A DNA stretch of 64,000 nucleotides from Octopus vulgaris (Eukaryota): NCBI GenBank assembly GCA_951406725.2, contig OX597814.1, positions 188,480,001 to 188,544,000 on the forward strand. Direction: 5' to 3'. The position numbers and the translations under genes are program-made. The notes under the pieces were generated by a model. The model had not been told where the DNA came from. It worked only from the letters and a program-made list of their open reading frames with translations, and did not search any database. Numbering within the stretch: the stretch's first letter is position 1; each line of letters starts with the position of its first letter. Below are positions 13,412 to 26,704 of the stretch, piece by piece.

Positions 13412-13829
13412 ATTTCTTTACTGCCCACAAGGGGCTACACACAGAGGGGACAAGCAAGGACAGACAGACGGATTAAGTCGATTATATCGACCCCAGTGCG
13501 TAACTGGTACTTATTTAATCGACCCCGAAAGGATGAAAGGCAAAGTCGACCTCGGCGGTATTTGAACTCAGAACGTAGCGGTAGACAAAATACCTATTTC
13601 TTTACTACCCACAAGGAGCTAAACACAGAGAGGACAAACAAGGACAGACAAAGGCAAACGGATTAAGTCGATTATATCGATCCCAGTGCGTAACTGGTAC
13701 TTATTTAATCGACCCCGAAAGGATGAAAGGCAAAGTCACCCCGGAGGAATTTGATCTCAGAACGTAACGCCAGCCGAAATACTGCTAAGCATTTCGCCCG
13801 GCGCGTTAACAATTCTGCCAGTTCACCGT
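13412..13829 (-). mobile_element. SINE family B, internal tandem dimer
   Basis: Two about 180-bp core units joined at aaatacc|tatttctttac. Confidence 0.85.
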
Positions 13830-14251
13830 CTTAAATATACCGACTTTGATTAAAGTACTAAAAGTTGACTATACTCTAAGATTTTTTATGCTCACTTATT
13901 TTCCTATTTTGAAATTCTCCTACATATTTACTGGGTCTTGATATTTCATAAATATTAAGTTCTAGTATAGGATCTAGATTACGAAATCGAGAGAGAGTAT
14001 GTACAATTAAATTACAGTACTGGGCTGATATTTTATTCATGTTAACACAATCCATGTGTGAATTTCTGATGAGGACCGATCATCATTAAACACTGATATA
14101 TTCAGACTAATGTCCTCACCTTGGTTGCTATCGTCACCACATTTCAGGCCCCTGTACCCATCAACCTTCTTCATATGCCTGTTGTATTCTCTAACGTTCT
14201 CAAGATTTCGAACCGAACCCTTTACTAAATCCACCTGTGTATATTATTATT

Positions 14252-14477
14252 CTTATTTCTTTATTGCCCACAAGGGGCTAAACATAGAAGGGACAAACAA
14301 GGACAGACAAAGGAATTAAATCGATTACATCGACCCCAGTGCGTAACTGGTACTTTATTTATCGACCCCGAAAGGATGAAAGGCAAAGTGAACCTCGGCG
14401 GAATTTGAACTCAGAACGTAACGAAATATCGCTCGGCATTTCGCCCGTCGTGTTAACGTTTCTGCCAGCTCGCCGTC
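14252..14477 (-). mobile_element. SINE family B
   Basis: Matches family B. Confidence 0.85.
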
Positions 14478-14639
14478 TTGCTCATACCAAGGATGTATTC
14501 TCATGTTACTTTCTCTCCTAATTGGGATGTTATTTGTAAGTAAAGCTTGAAGCAGAGTATATACGTTTTTGACTGATCTAGGGATTGAACTCACTGCCAC
14601 GAACTAAACCAACACCCTTAATACTTTATCGATATGTAT

Positions 14640-15035
14640 ATTCTTTTATTCTTTTATTGGTTTCAGTCATTTGACTGACTGCGGCAATGCCGGAGCACCA
14701 CCTTGAAGGGGTTTAGTCGAACAAGTCGACCCTAAGTCTTATTTTTAAGCCTAATACTTATTCTATCGTTCTCTTTTTGCCGAACCGCTAAGTTACAGGG
14801 ACGTAAATACATCAATATTGGTTGTCAGGGAGTGATAGGGGAACAAACATAAGCACACACACACATACATACACATACACACACGACAGGCTTCTTTCAG
14901 TTTCCTTCTGTGAAATCCACTCACAATGCTTTGGTCGGCCCGTGGCTATAGTAGAAGACACTTGCCCAAGGTGCAATGCAGTGGGACTGAACCCCGTACC
15001 TTATGGTTGGGAAGCAAGCTTCTTACAACACAGCT
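14640..15035 (-). mobile_element. SINE family A (older, diverged)
   Basis: Matches family A with substitutions. Confidence 0.8.
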
Positions 15036-15448
15036 ACGTATTTGTTCCGTAGTGTTCTTGGGAATTTGGAATTTGGGGCTTTTAGTATATAGCTGTGGAT
15101 TCAAATGTCCTTTTTAATTAAAGATCGTGGTTTCGATTCCCGGACTGGACAATGCCTTGAGTTCATTTCACGTTGCTCCTATTCACTCAGCTGTAAAAAA
15201 AAGTAACACTACGACGGACTAGCGTCCCGTCCAGGAGTGGGGTGGAATGTTATGATCTTGGCCACTTATACACCATGGAAATCGGATGACCAGCCCTATG
15301 AGACCTAGAACTCGAGACAGTAACGTTCAGGAGTTGTTGCTGGAGTTGTTGTTGCTGTTGTTATTGTTGTTGTCGTTGTTGTTGTTGATGGTGCTGACGA
15401 TGCTGCTGCTGCTGATGATGATGGTGATGATGATGATGACGACGATGT

Positions 15449-15515
<67 letters not shown>

Positions 15516-15660
15516 ACTGTGCATCTCGATGCTGAGAGAATTGAGGCAAAGAGTGTTATCTTCCAGGGTTGTTCTCTACTATCTCGACTGCTTGATCTTG
15601 CGGATCAAATTCAGTGTTGACTCGAAAATATCTAAAATTTAAGTAGCTACTCATTTTGGG

Positions 15661-15786
15661 TTATTTACATTATTTACATTATTTACATTCGACGGATATT
15701 TGTCCTTATCTTGTTTGTTGTTAACACAAATTTTCGGCTGATATACCCTACAGCCTTCTTCGGGTGTCTTGGGGAAATTTCGAACT
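15661..15786 (-). mobile_element. Degenerate copy of the hammerhead-bearing element at 18664-18906
   Basis: Minus: ccccaagACAC-CCGAAGA-AGGCUG...CAGCC-GAAA-AU-UU-GUGU taacaacaaacaagataaggacaaatatccgtc. Confidence 0.65.
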
Positions 15787-16355
15787 CATTGATGTCACCC
15801 TCATCCATGTTCAGGCACCTAGACTTGCCGAGGGATACAATCTCATCCACCACTGCCCTTTTGGGTTCAAAGTCTGTTGCAGACATAACCTCAGGTCACA
15901 GATAGATTCTTCCCCGCAGAGGTCAAGGTTCTCTTTGTAACACTCTGCCAGGCCATACCGATAATTCTGAGGTATATTACAACGTTATAGTGGTCCTTCC
16001 AGAACTCTCTATGGGTGAGGTTTGTTCATTTCGTCACCTCAAAGAAGCGGTGAAACAGGTGCTTGGTGAAAAGCTTCTTAAAATTACAAATTACCAGCTG
16101 GTCCATGAGCTGCAGGATAGTGGTGGTGTTGGGTGGAATGTAGAGAACCTTTATAAACTTAAACTCTTCGAATATGTTATCTTCGAGGTGAGGTGGGTGA
16201 GCAGGTGCATTGTCTAGGAAGAGAAGGGCTTGCAGAGGTAGGTTATTTTCCTGGGGATATTTCTTAACGTCAGAACCAAAGACAAAATTCATCCACTCCA
16301 CTGAGAACTGCCCGGTGACCCACGCCCACGGGTTTGCCCTCCACACAACCTGTAG
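15786..16355 (-). pseudogene. pogo/Tigger transposase fragment (DDE_1 family)
   Basis: [10 protein letters not shown]...[12 protein letters not shown]...[26 protein letters not shown]...REFWKDHYN; stops present. Confidence 0.9.
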
Positions 16356-16371
16356 TTTTCTTATATATAAA

Positions 16372-16409
<38 letters not shown>

Positions 16410-16415
16410 GCACAC

Positions 16416-16530
<115 letters not shown>

Positions 16531-17046
16531 GAATTGAATGATTAATGTCAATTCATAACAGCCGTTTCATTATAAAAAACCGTTTTCATCAGCTGGATAC
16601 ATGAATTTTACAATCAAGGACATTAAAAAATTTTCTAAATCCACGACACATGCATCTCTCTTGATTCCACGACTGGCGCTTACCGCAGGATTCTGTTTGT
16701 TTTCCCCGAACCTAAATTTTATATATTTCTTCAATATAAAATGTGAAATTAAAACTTTCATTGTGGCATTGTGTTACATGGGGTGTAAGTATCATTACAT
16801 GCAAAAATGTTATCTCTCCTGGAATATTACAATAAGTGTATGAAACAATAAAATGATATTAAAAAAAACATAGAAAAAAGAATATGATAACAATGTTTAG
16901 TAAAATAGAAATAATAAAGACAAAAAAAAAACGAAATCAAGCCAGAAGGGCGAGAGGTGGGAAAGGAGAAAAAGTAATAAAGAGCAGATAATAAATATAA
17001 TATTAGAATACACGCGCGCAGATTTAAATATACGCATACGTATGTG

Positions 17047-17277
17047 TTTCTTTATTACCCACAAGGGGCTAAACATAGAGGGGTCAAACAAGGACAGACA
17101 TAGGTATTAAGTCGATTACATCGACGCCAGTGCGTAACTGGTACTTAATTTATCGACCCCGAAAGGATGAAAGGCAAAGTCGACCTGGGCGGAATTTGAA
17201 CTCAGAACGTAACGGCAGACGAAATATCGCTCGACATTTTGCCCGGCGTGCTAACGTTTCTGCCAACTCGCCGCCTT
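17047..17277 (-). mobile_element. SINE family B with 18-bp TSD atatacgcatacgtatgt
   Basis: TSD at 17028-17045 and 17278-17295. Confidence 0.9.
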
Positions 17278-17684
17278 ATATACGCATACGTATGTCAGTT
17301 GTATAAACACGTAAATTTATGAGTAGTTTTTGAAAGGGGAGAAGAAACTGCAGCACAATATGAAGATATCGAAAGTGGAGAAGACACTGCAACCCACTAT
17401 GGTAAGATATTTCATCGTGTCTATTTAATCTGCTAATGATGGTAAAGATCAGGTGGGTTTGATATATCGGTATAAATGTCTACATATTTCAAAAATTTCA
17501 GATTAGAATTTGAATTGCAGCCAGACTGTGTAAACCTAGAATTTGTGACGTTTCTATCCGTTAACAACCTTCCATCTAATGTTGTAAAGGAAAGTGTTTT
17601 TTTTTTTCTCTTTTTTCAATTGCCAGACATAACTGGATAATTCTTCATGCTTTTTTTTTTATGGGTTTCAAAGAAGTATTCTTT

Positions 17685-18094
17685 CTTTTATTCTTTTACT
17701 TGTTTCAGTCATTTGACTGCGGCCATGCTGGAGCACCGCCTTTAATCGAGCAACTCGACCCCGGGACTTATTCTTTTGTAAGCCCAGTACTTATTCTATC
17801 GGTCTCTTTTGCCGAACCGCTAAGTAACGGGAACATAAACACACCAGCATCGGTTGTCAAGCAATGCTAGGAGGACAAACACAGACACAAACACACACAC
17901 GCATATATATATATATATATACATATATACGACGGGCTTCTTTCAATTTCCGTCTACCAAATCCACTCACAAGGCTTTGGTTGGCCCGAGACTATAGTAG
18001 AAGACACTTGCCCAAGGTGCCACGCAGTGGGACTGAACTCGGAACCATGTGGTTGGTAAACAAGCTACTTACCACACAGCCACTCCTGCGCCTA
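17685..18094 (-). mobile_element. SINE family A, full length
   Basis: Reverse complement of family A including head. Confidence 0.9.
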
Positions 18095-18424
18095 TGAGGG
18101 TAATATATCTGTTACTATCTCCTTCGGACATGACTATGTGATGCTTCTATACTATATATATTGGTTTAGTTTGGTAATAATAAATCCCGCTGCATGTAGA
18201 TGGGTATGGGGTTACCTAATTTTACACCGTGCAAATATCTAAAAGTTACATCTGATGAGTGTCAAATTAACTACCATAAAAAACATGAAAATCAAAACAG
18301 CTTATAATCAATAGTCCCTGTGTACAACAACAACAACAACAACAACAATAATAATAATAATAATAATAATTTTTGCCACAAGAGCAGCTTGGGAGAGGGG
18401 ATTAAGTCGATTACACCGTTATTA

Positions 18425-18513
<89 letters not shown>

Positions 18514-18591
18514 CCAACCCTGTTGTCTCTTGAGGTCTCTGGGTGAGACTTGGAGCCAACTTGTACAAATATAAAGCAAAAGTCAAACATA

Positions 18592-18663
<72 letters not shown>

Positions 18664-18665
<2 letters not shown>

Positions 18666-18906
18666 TCGAAAAGGACCTTAGGAATGAGAACTCAGGTTCG
18701 AAATAATAATAATAACATCGAAAAGGACCTTAGGAATGAGAACTCAGGTTCGAAAATTCCCCAAGACACCTGATGAAAGCTGATGAAAGCTGGGTTATAT
18801 CAGCCGAAACGTTGTGTTAACAACAAACAAGATGAGGACAAATATCCGTCAAATGCAAATAATGTAAATACTGTTCACAATTCCTAATCTCTGAAATATA
18901 GAACTA
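18664..18906 (+). mobile_element. Short hammerhead-bearing element between (AAT)n and (TA)n
   Basis: 5' 40-bp segment tandemly duplicated with (AAT)n spacer; homologs at 15661-15786(-) and, more diverged, about 14060-14240(-). Confidence 0.7.
18765..18818 (+). ncRNA. Minimal type-I hammerhead ribozyme motif
   Basis: GACAC-CUGAUGA-(aaGCUGAU...AUCAGCc)-GAAA-CG-UU-GUGUU; core canonical; a 10-nt duplication (ctgatgaaag) lies inside stem II. Confidence 0.75.
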
Positions 18907-19058
18907 TATATATATATACATACATATATATATATATATATCAATAATATATATCTATGCATACATACATCTGACTATCTCTCTCTCTCTCTCTCTCTCT
19001 CTTATATATATATATATATACATACATACATACATACATACATACATACATACATACA

Positions 19059-19092
<34 letters not shown>

Positions 19093-19399
19093 CTTAATAC
19101 ACACACGCACAAACACATATGAAACAAAAGATAGATAGGTGTCAGTTCATTACAGCTTTTTCCAATGAATTATTTTTATTGATTAATGAGTACATTATAT
19201 CATTATATAAACAAAATATTTTCTTCAGATGATTACATGAATTATATAATTAAGGACATTTAAAAAAACTCTAAATCCTCGGCATGTATTTATATATAAT
19301 TATGTGTGTGTATAAATATATAAGGTTATTACTGTTAATAATTTACAACAATACCAGTGGCTAGCATGCATAAAAGAACCATAATAGAAAAATTATTAA

Positions 19400-19783
19400 T
19401 TAATAATTAAGGGTACAACTTGTAACACCAACATGCGAAAGATAGCAGTCAAAGCGACTCAAAACCAGTTTTCACTTGTACACAAGGGCGAAATCGAGGG
19501 AACGGGCAGTAAAATTTTAAGGCCCCGTACCATAAACGAAAAGAATCGAAAATGAAATCAGACACACCCGAATAGAAAATGAAATCAGACATACCCATAA
19601 CATTTTGATATGGTTATGTCTGATTTCATTTTCGATTCTTTTCGTCTATGGTACGGCATCTAAAAATTTTACTGTCCGTTCCTTCGATTTCGCCCTTGTG
19701 TACAAGTGAAAACTCTGGTTTTGAATCGCTTTGACTATTATCTTTAGCATGCTGGTACTACAAGTAGTACCCTTCATTATTAA
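19400..19783. repeat. About 380-bp imperfect hairpin (MITE/fold-back)
   Basis: aagggtacaacttgta...aatgaaatcagacata mirrored by tatgtctgatttcatt...tacaagtagtaccctt. Confidence 0.85.
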
Positions 19784-19798
19784 ATACACACACACACA

Positions 19799-20050
19799 CC
19801 ATACCAATGCAGCCATCTCTCTTGCTTTTCTTTCTCCCCCCCCTTTTTCCCAAACAAACGAAAACAATATTCTCGTCTTCTAAACAAGGTAAAAGAGCAT
19901 CCGATCCAGATAAATGAATATGAGTTCGCAACACGAACGAAAGCTTTAATAAACTCAGTCGCGCGCCTGTTTCGCTTAATTTTTGTATATTTTACTACGT
20001 AAAGATCACTAACTGCCTATCCTGAGTAATTACTGACGGCACATGCCTGA
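19799..20050 (+). repeat. Left arm of an old diverged inverted repeat (partner 23708-23961)
   Basis: actgcctatcctgagtaattactgacggcac..gcctga versus tcaggc..gtgccgtcagtaattactcaggataggcagt. Confidence 0.85.
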
Positions 20051-20055
20051 TATAT

Positions 20056-20280
20056 ATTTCTTTACTGCCCTCAAGGGGCTAAACATAGAGGGGACAAACA
20101 AGGGCAGACAAAGGGATTAAGTCGACTACATCGACCCAGTGCAAAACTGGTACTTTATTTATCGACCCCGAGAGGATGAAAGGCAAAGTCGACCTCGGCA
20201 GAATTTGAACTCAGAACGTAACGGCAGACGAAATACGGCTACGCATTTCGCCCGGCGCGCTAACGATTCTGCCAGCTCGC
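20056..20280 (-). mobile_element. SINE family B
   Basis: Matches family B. Confidence 0.85.
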
Positions 20281-20519
20281 ATACATAGGCGCAGAAGTGG
20301 CTGAAAAGTTCCTGGCTTTGTATAAAAGAAAATACAAGAGGATCACTTAATTATGATTTTATTCATCGTGTTCCTCTCTCAGACTCCCTTACTTTTTGCA
20401 GTGGTCATCCAGTTTTTCTAAGTCCTGTAAAAGAATTCGGAAGGTAGGGCCTCCAACCAGACTTTTCGTGACACCCCTAAGGCCAGGAACTTTTCAGCAC
20501 TCTCTCGTATTTATATGTT

Positions 20520-20961
20520 CTTTTATTTTTTTCATTTATTTGAGTCAGTTGTCTGCGGCCATGCTGGAGCACTGCCTTTAGTCGAACAAATCGACCCCAG
20601 AACTTATTCTTTGTGAGCGTAGTACTTATTCTATCGGTCACTTTTGCCGAACCGCTAAGTTACGGGGACGTAAGCACACCAACAACAGTTGTCAAGCGAT
20701 GGTGGTGGGGACAAACACAGACACACAAACATATACATATGCATATATGTATATATATATAAAGTTAATCCAAACAAGAGAACACAAAAAAACACAGCAA
20801 CGCGAGGACGTGGAACAAATGAAGTATTATTGGACGCTCAGGAAAGAAGGGAAGGAGGGTTTAACGTTTCGAGCGGAGCTCTTCGTCGGAAACAAAGGAG
20901 AAGGAAAGATCCCGAGAAGGGAAGACAGAGGAAAAAAAATTGCTGGCGGTGCTCACGAGGT

Positions 20962-21036
<75 letters not shown>

Positions 21037-21122
21037 GACGGGCTTCTTTCAGTTTCCGTCTACCGAATTCACTCACCATGTGGCTGGTAAGCAAGCTACT
21101 AACGACACAGCCGCTTCTGCAC

Positions 21123-21125
<3 letters not shown>
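20520..21125 (-). mobile_element. SINE family A carrying a nested 200-bp insertion
   Basis: Family A halves flank 20763-20965 at the internal (TA)n. Confidence 0.8.
20763..20965 (-). mobile_element. About 200-bp (TA)n-inserted element with hammerhead motif (20859-20893), copy 1
   Basis: Minus: GUUU-CCGACGA-A GAGC UCC GCUC-GAAA-CG-UU-AAAC; copies at 41026-41228 and 44414-44621. Confidence 0.75.
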
Positions 21126-21162
<37 letters not shown>

Positions 21163-21165
<3 letters not shown>

Positions 21166-22025
21166 AAAGGTTTGAAAATGCAATTTAAACGATGTTTATT
21201 TACTTAACCGGTTTCACTCTTTGGTAAAAGATTGTCAAAAGTTACATTTAAGGAAACATTGAATAATATGGGTTCAAAAAAAGTTTTTTACATAATTGTC
21301 ACATTGAATATTATGCATTCAAAAAAGTTTTTTACATAATTGTCACATTGGATATTATGAATTCAAAAATGTTTTTTTATACATAATTGTCACATTACAT
21401 GTATAAATATAGTGTTTGGTAACAGAGAAGTTCAATAGTATGATGAGAATATTTGGGAAATTTGGCAGAAAAGGATAAAACAAATATATTATTGGGAATT
21501 GGTTGCGTTAATTATTGGTTGTCGCAAATTGTCACATTACATGTATATATATACAATCTTTGGTATATATATACAGCGTTTTGACAGCAAAAATTAAAAT
21601 GGATTTTTTGTACATCTCAGAATATTTTAAGTATGTTTTTACTGACCTGTCAGTATTAGCAGAAAGGCTGAACTGAGAGAACAGAAGAAGTAGCCAATGT
21701 GGTGTATACTTCCCCTTTATGCATGAATGATTTTGGGGTTATCAGGAGGTTAGTATGCGGGTGTGAATAGATGTGTCCTTGCCTGCTGGTCAGACAGCGT
21801 CTGTTTGTCACACACATATATATACACACAAACACACACACACACAACAACACACACACACACACACATAGTATACAAACACACACCACATACAAACAAC
21901 ACACACACACAGAACACACACACCCACACACAACGCACCCACATATATCACATATACACACAGCACACAAATATAACATGTATCTATATATAACATACAC
22001 AGATATATAACACACATACACACAC

Positions 22026-22064
<39 letters not shown>

Positions 22065-22691
22065 CACACGCACACATACATACATAATATAAATATCACA
22101 CAAATACACCTAGCATATATATACACACATACAACATGTAAGTAATATACATACACAATATATGCATGCAATATACATACGCAATACATACATATAATAT
22201 ATATATATATAGACAATGCATATACATATATACACATATACATATAAATAGTGTTTACATACACATACATAGATGTACCACATATACACACAACACACAT
22301 ACATACAATGCATACACATACACGTACGCATACATATAATATATATATATACACACACACACATAACATACATACACATAACACATACACATAACATACA
22401 TATGTGTGTGTGTGTGAATATATATATTATATGTATGCGTACGTGTATGTGTATGCATTGTATGTATGTGTGTTGTGTGTATATGTGGTACATCTATGTA
22501 TGTGTATGTAAACACTATTTATATGTATATGTGTATATATGTATATGCATTGTCTATATATATATATATTATATGTATGTATTGCGTATGTATATTGCAT
22601 GCATATATTGTGTATGTATATTACTTACATGTTGTATGTGTGTGTATATATATGCTAGGTGTATTTGTGTGATATTTATATTATGTATGTA

Positions 22692-22759
<68 letters not shown>

Positions 22760-23610
22760 TTATATATCTGTGTATGTTATATATAGATACATGTTATATT
22801 TGTGTGCTGTGTGTATATGTGATATATGTGGGTGCGTTGTGTGTGGGTGTGTGTGTTCTGTGTGTGTGTGTTTGTTTGTATGTGGTGTGTGTTTGTATAC
22901 TATGTGTGTGTGTGTGTGTGTTGTTGTGTGTGTGTGTGTTTGTGTGTATATATATGTGTGTGACAAACAGACGCTGTCTGACCAGCAGGCAAGGACACAT
23001 CTATTCACACCCGCATACTAACCTCCTGATAACCCCAAAATCATTCATGCATAAAGGGGAAGTATACACCACATTGGCTACTTCTTCTGTTCTCTCAGTT
23101 CAGCCTTTCTGCTAATACTGACAGGTCAGTAAAAACATACTTAAAATATTCTGAGATGTACAAAAAATCCATTTTAATTTTTGCTGTCAAAACGCTGTAT
23201 ATATATACCAAAGATTGTATATATATACATGTAATGTGACAATTTGCGACAACCAATAATTAACGCAACCAATTCCCAATAATATATTTGTTTTATCCTT
23301 TTCTGCCAAATTTCCCAAATATTCTCATCATACTATTGAACTTCTCTGTTACCAAACACTATATTTATACATGTAATGTGACAATTATGTATAAAAAAAC
23401 ATTTTTGAATTCATAATATCCAATGTGACAATTATGTAAAAAACTTTTTTGAATGCATAATATTCAATGTGACAATTATGTAAAAAACTTTTTTGAACCC
23501 ATATTATTCAATGTTTCCTTAAATGTAACTTTTGACAATCTTTTACCAAAGAGTGAAACCGGTTAAGTAAATAAACATCGTTTAAATTGCATTTTCAAAC
23601 CTTTTTTCTT
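21163..23610. repeat. Near-perfect 2.45-kb palindrome (about 1.2-kb arms, about 35-bp spacer 22366-22400)
   Basis: Unique sequence mirrored (e.g. cagaaaggctgaactgagagaacagaag / cttctgttctctcagttcagcctttctg); mirrored ORFs 21656-22390(-) and 22273-23115(+) share the same C-terminus; bounded by (TA)n. Confidence 0.95.
23528..23568 (+). ncRNA. Hammerhead-like motif with U3/A8 covariant core (mirror copy 21202-21242, minus strand)
   Basis: ACUU-UUGACAA-UCUUU uacc AAAGA gu-GAAA-CCGG (palindrome)-UU-AAGU; stem II junction imperfect. Confidence 0.5.
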
Positions 23611-23645
23611 ATATAATCCCACTCGTGCGATACCCCACAACTCAA

Positions 23646-23707
<62 letters not shown>

Positions 23708-23711
<4 letters not shown>

Positions 23712-23961
23712 GCTCGTGCCGTCAGTAATTACTCAGGATAGGCAGTTGGTGATCTTTATGAAGTAAAGCATACAAAAAATATGCGAAACAGGCGCGCGAC
23801 TGACTTTAATAGCGCTTCCTTTCGTTTTGCGAACTCATGTTCATTTATCTGGAGTGGATACTTTCTTGCCTTGTTTAGAAGAGGGGATTATTCTCTTCGT
23901 TTGTCTGGAAAATGGGAGAGAGGGAGAGATAAAAGCAAGAGAGACGGCTGCGTTGGTATGG
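23708..23961 (-). repeat. Right arm of the old inverted repeat
   Basis: Diverged reverse complement of 19799-20050. Confidence 0.85.
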
Positions 23962-24344
23962 TCATGTGAAGAAAGAGGAGAAAAGTAATATTATTTGTTT
24001 TTTCCTCCTCTTTCTTGATTGTCTTGAACCCCCCTCTCTCTAAATAGACATGATGAAATATATATTTCCCACCACCTCTTTGCTCTTCTTTCTTTCTCCC
24101 ATCCTGTTTCTAAAAAATCAACAACAGACACACATAAAAAAAAGAGCAAAAACAATATTCTCATCTTCTAAACAAAACGAAAATTGAAGAACAAAACGTT
24201 GTTTTTACCATTTTGATTTTGATTTTGTCTTGACGAGTTCGAAAACCGAACGAAAGCTCTAATAAAGGATTATCCAAAATTCTGACTGCCTCCTCTTTCT
24301 CAATATACAATATCTCTACATTACTTCAAACATTGTATACATAT

Positions 24345-24517
24345 AGGCGCAGGAGTGGCTGTGTGGTAAGTAGCTTGCTAACCAACCACATGTTTCCGGG
24401 TTCAGTCCCACTGCGTGGCATCTTGGGCAAGTGTCTTCTGCTATAGCCCCGGGCCGACCAATGCCTTGTGAGTGGATTTGGTAGAAGGAAACTGAAAGAA
24501 GCCTGTCGTATATATCT

Positions 24518-24582
<65 letters not shown>

Positions 24583-24818
24583 TGTGTGTGTGTATATGTT
24601 TGTGTGTCTGTGTTTGTCCCCCCAGCATTGCTAGACAACTGATGCTGGTGTGTTTACGTCCCCGTCACTTAGCGGTTCGGCAAAAGAGACCGATAGAATA
24701 AGTACTGGGCTTACAAAGAATAAGTCCCGGGGTCGATTTGCTCGACTAAAGGCAGTGCTCTAGCATGGCCGCGGTCAAATGACTGAAACAAGTAAAAGAG
24801 TAAAAAAAGAGTAAGAGT
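24345..24818 (+). mobile_element. SINE family A, full length
   Basis: Head to aaagagt tail intact. Confidence 0.9.
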
Positions 24819-24884
24819 ACACACACACACACACACATACACATATTTACGTACAGACATGAACCCACATATATGTATGTATAT

Positions 24885-25166
24885 ACGTTTGTTCCTACTC
24901 GAGCCATGCCTGGCTCATAAGGGCCGGTTTCCTTGGCGTATAGGTTCCCCAGCTGGACAGGACGCCGGTCCGTCGCAGGTGAGTTGCAAGATGCAGGAGG
25001 AAAGAGTGAGAGAAAGTTGTGACGAAAGAGTCAACAGAAGTTCGCCATTACCTTCTGCCGGAGCCGCGTGGAGCTTAGGTGTTTCGCTCATAAACACACA
25101 CATCGCCCGGTCTGAGATTCGAACCCGCGAGTCCGCTGCTCTAACCACTAGGCCATGTGCCTCCAC
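24885..25166 (-). mobile_element. SINE family D
   Basis: Reverse complement of 8718-9027. Confidence 0.85.
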
Positions 25167-25169
25167 ATG

Positions 25170-25210
<41 letters not shown>

Positions 25211-25377
25211 GTATATTTATATGTATACATGTAAAATTTTTTATTTGTGTGTATGTATTGCGGCTGCAGAATACTGCATAAGTATAAATTTGTTTTATAA
25301 AAATTGCACTTGGCCATGATCCTTATAATTATGTACATAACATATACCCACACATGCTCACGCACACACACACACAA

Positions 25378-25408
<31 letters not shown>

Positions 25409-25689
25409 AACACACACACACGCGCGCACGCATTTAGATGCATACATGTAATCACACCAATGTAGCATGCAAGTGCACACTGAATGCGTTTATGTTTGGA
25501 ATAATGTTTATATGTGTGGGCTTTGTAAATTCCTAACAGAGCTGCAAGGCGGTGTTTCCTTTGAGCAGGCTTTCACATCCATTAAAGCACAAAGCAATCG
25601 TTTCATGGTAGTATCAACTCTGAATGACCATGAACCACCGTTTCTGCAGTTATTGATGCTGTATTTTTTTCATTATATTTTTTTCTTAA

Positions 25690-25690
25690 C

Positions 25691-25782
<92 letters not shown>

Positions 25783-25849
25783 TAAAAATAGTACTGATAA
25801 TAATAATAATACTACTACTAATAATAATGATGATGATGATGATGATGAT

Positions 25850-25902
<53 letters not shown>

Positions 25903-25918
25903 TAATAATAATAATAAC

Positions 25919-25963
<45 letters not shown>

Positions 25964-26041
25964 TATGATGATGATGATGATGATGATAATAATAATAGTA
26001 ATAATAATAATAATAATAATGATAATAATAATGATGATGAA

Positions 26042-26117
<76 letters not shown>

Positions 26118-26125
26118 GTAATGAT
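25690..26125. repeat. Compound (AAT)n/(GAT)n microsatellite
   Basis: Direct inspection; source of the poly-I/poly-L ORFs. Confidence 0.95.
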
Positions 26126-26704
26126 ATTGCAGCTGATAGTAAAATAAAATATAAACAATATATAGGCAATTGTCAGCTTAGTGCAAATAAAACAACAACA
26201 AAAAATAGGAAAAAATTATAGATGCAGAGTAAAATTGTTAAAAAAAAAAGGAAGCAAACTCTACCCTGAAATTATCTTATGGACCATGAAATAGTCTGAG
26301 TAGTGATGCATGCATTTTATTTTCTAAACTAACAATCAGTAATGGTAAAGCAGCCGTAACGATTATACATTTTATAGTTGAGATCAAAAAATTTAACAAT
26401 AAACCAAAACGATCGGTGGAGAAAAGTAATTAGGAAGTAGACTTGTTTGAAAGTACCAGAGGACCACAGTCTTCATTATTATAATAATGCTTTTTATTGT
26501 CATTTTTTTTTCTTTATTATTGATTTCGGGATTACAATTCGGCCGTTGAAGAGCGGAAACAGTCGAACATTAGAAAAAAAAAAGAGGCATTGCGGAAATA
26601 ATTCTATTCCGGCTCTTTACGTTCTGCGTTCAAATCCTGCTAATGTCAACTTTTCATTTTGTCAATCCGGTGCCGATAAAGTAAAGTTTTTTTGTTTTTT
26701 TTAT

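Noticed and set aside
18240-18300. CUGAUGA...GAAA near 18252
   Set aside because: No UH plus complementary stem I/III after GAAA.
21255-21400. About 42-bp tandem repeats (also about 28-bp repeats at 35915-36012) as CRISPR-like arrays
   Set aside because: Contiguous repeats with no unique spacers, eukaryotic context, no cas genes.
21656-23115. Mirror ORFs of 244 and 280 aa
   Set aside because: Translations of cryptic (TG/TA) repeats in the palindrome arms; no domain.
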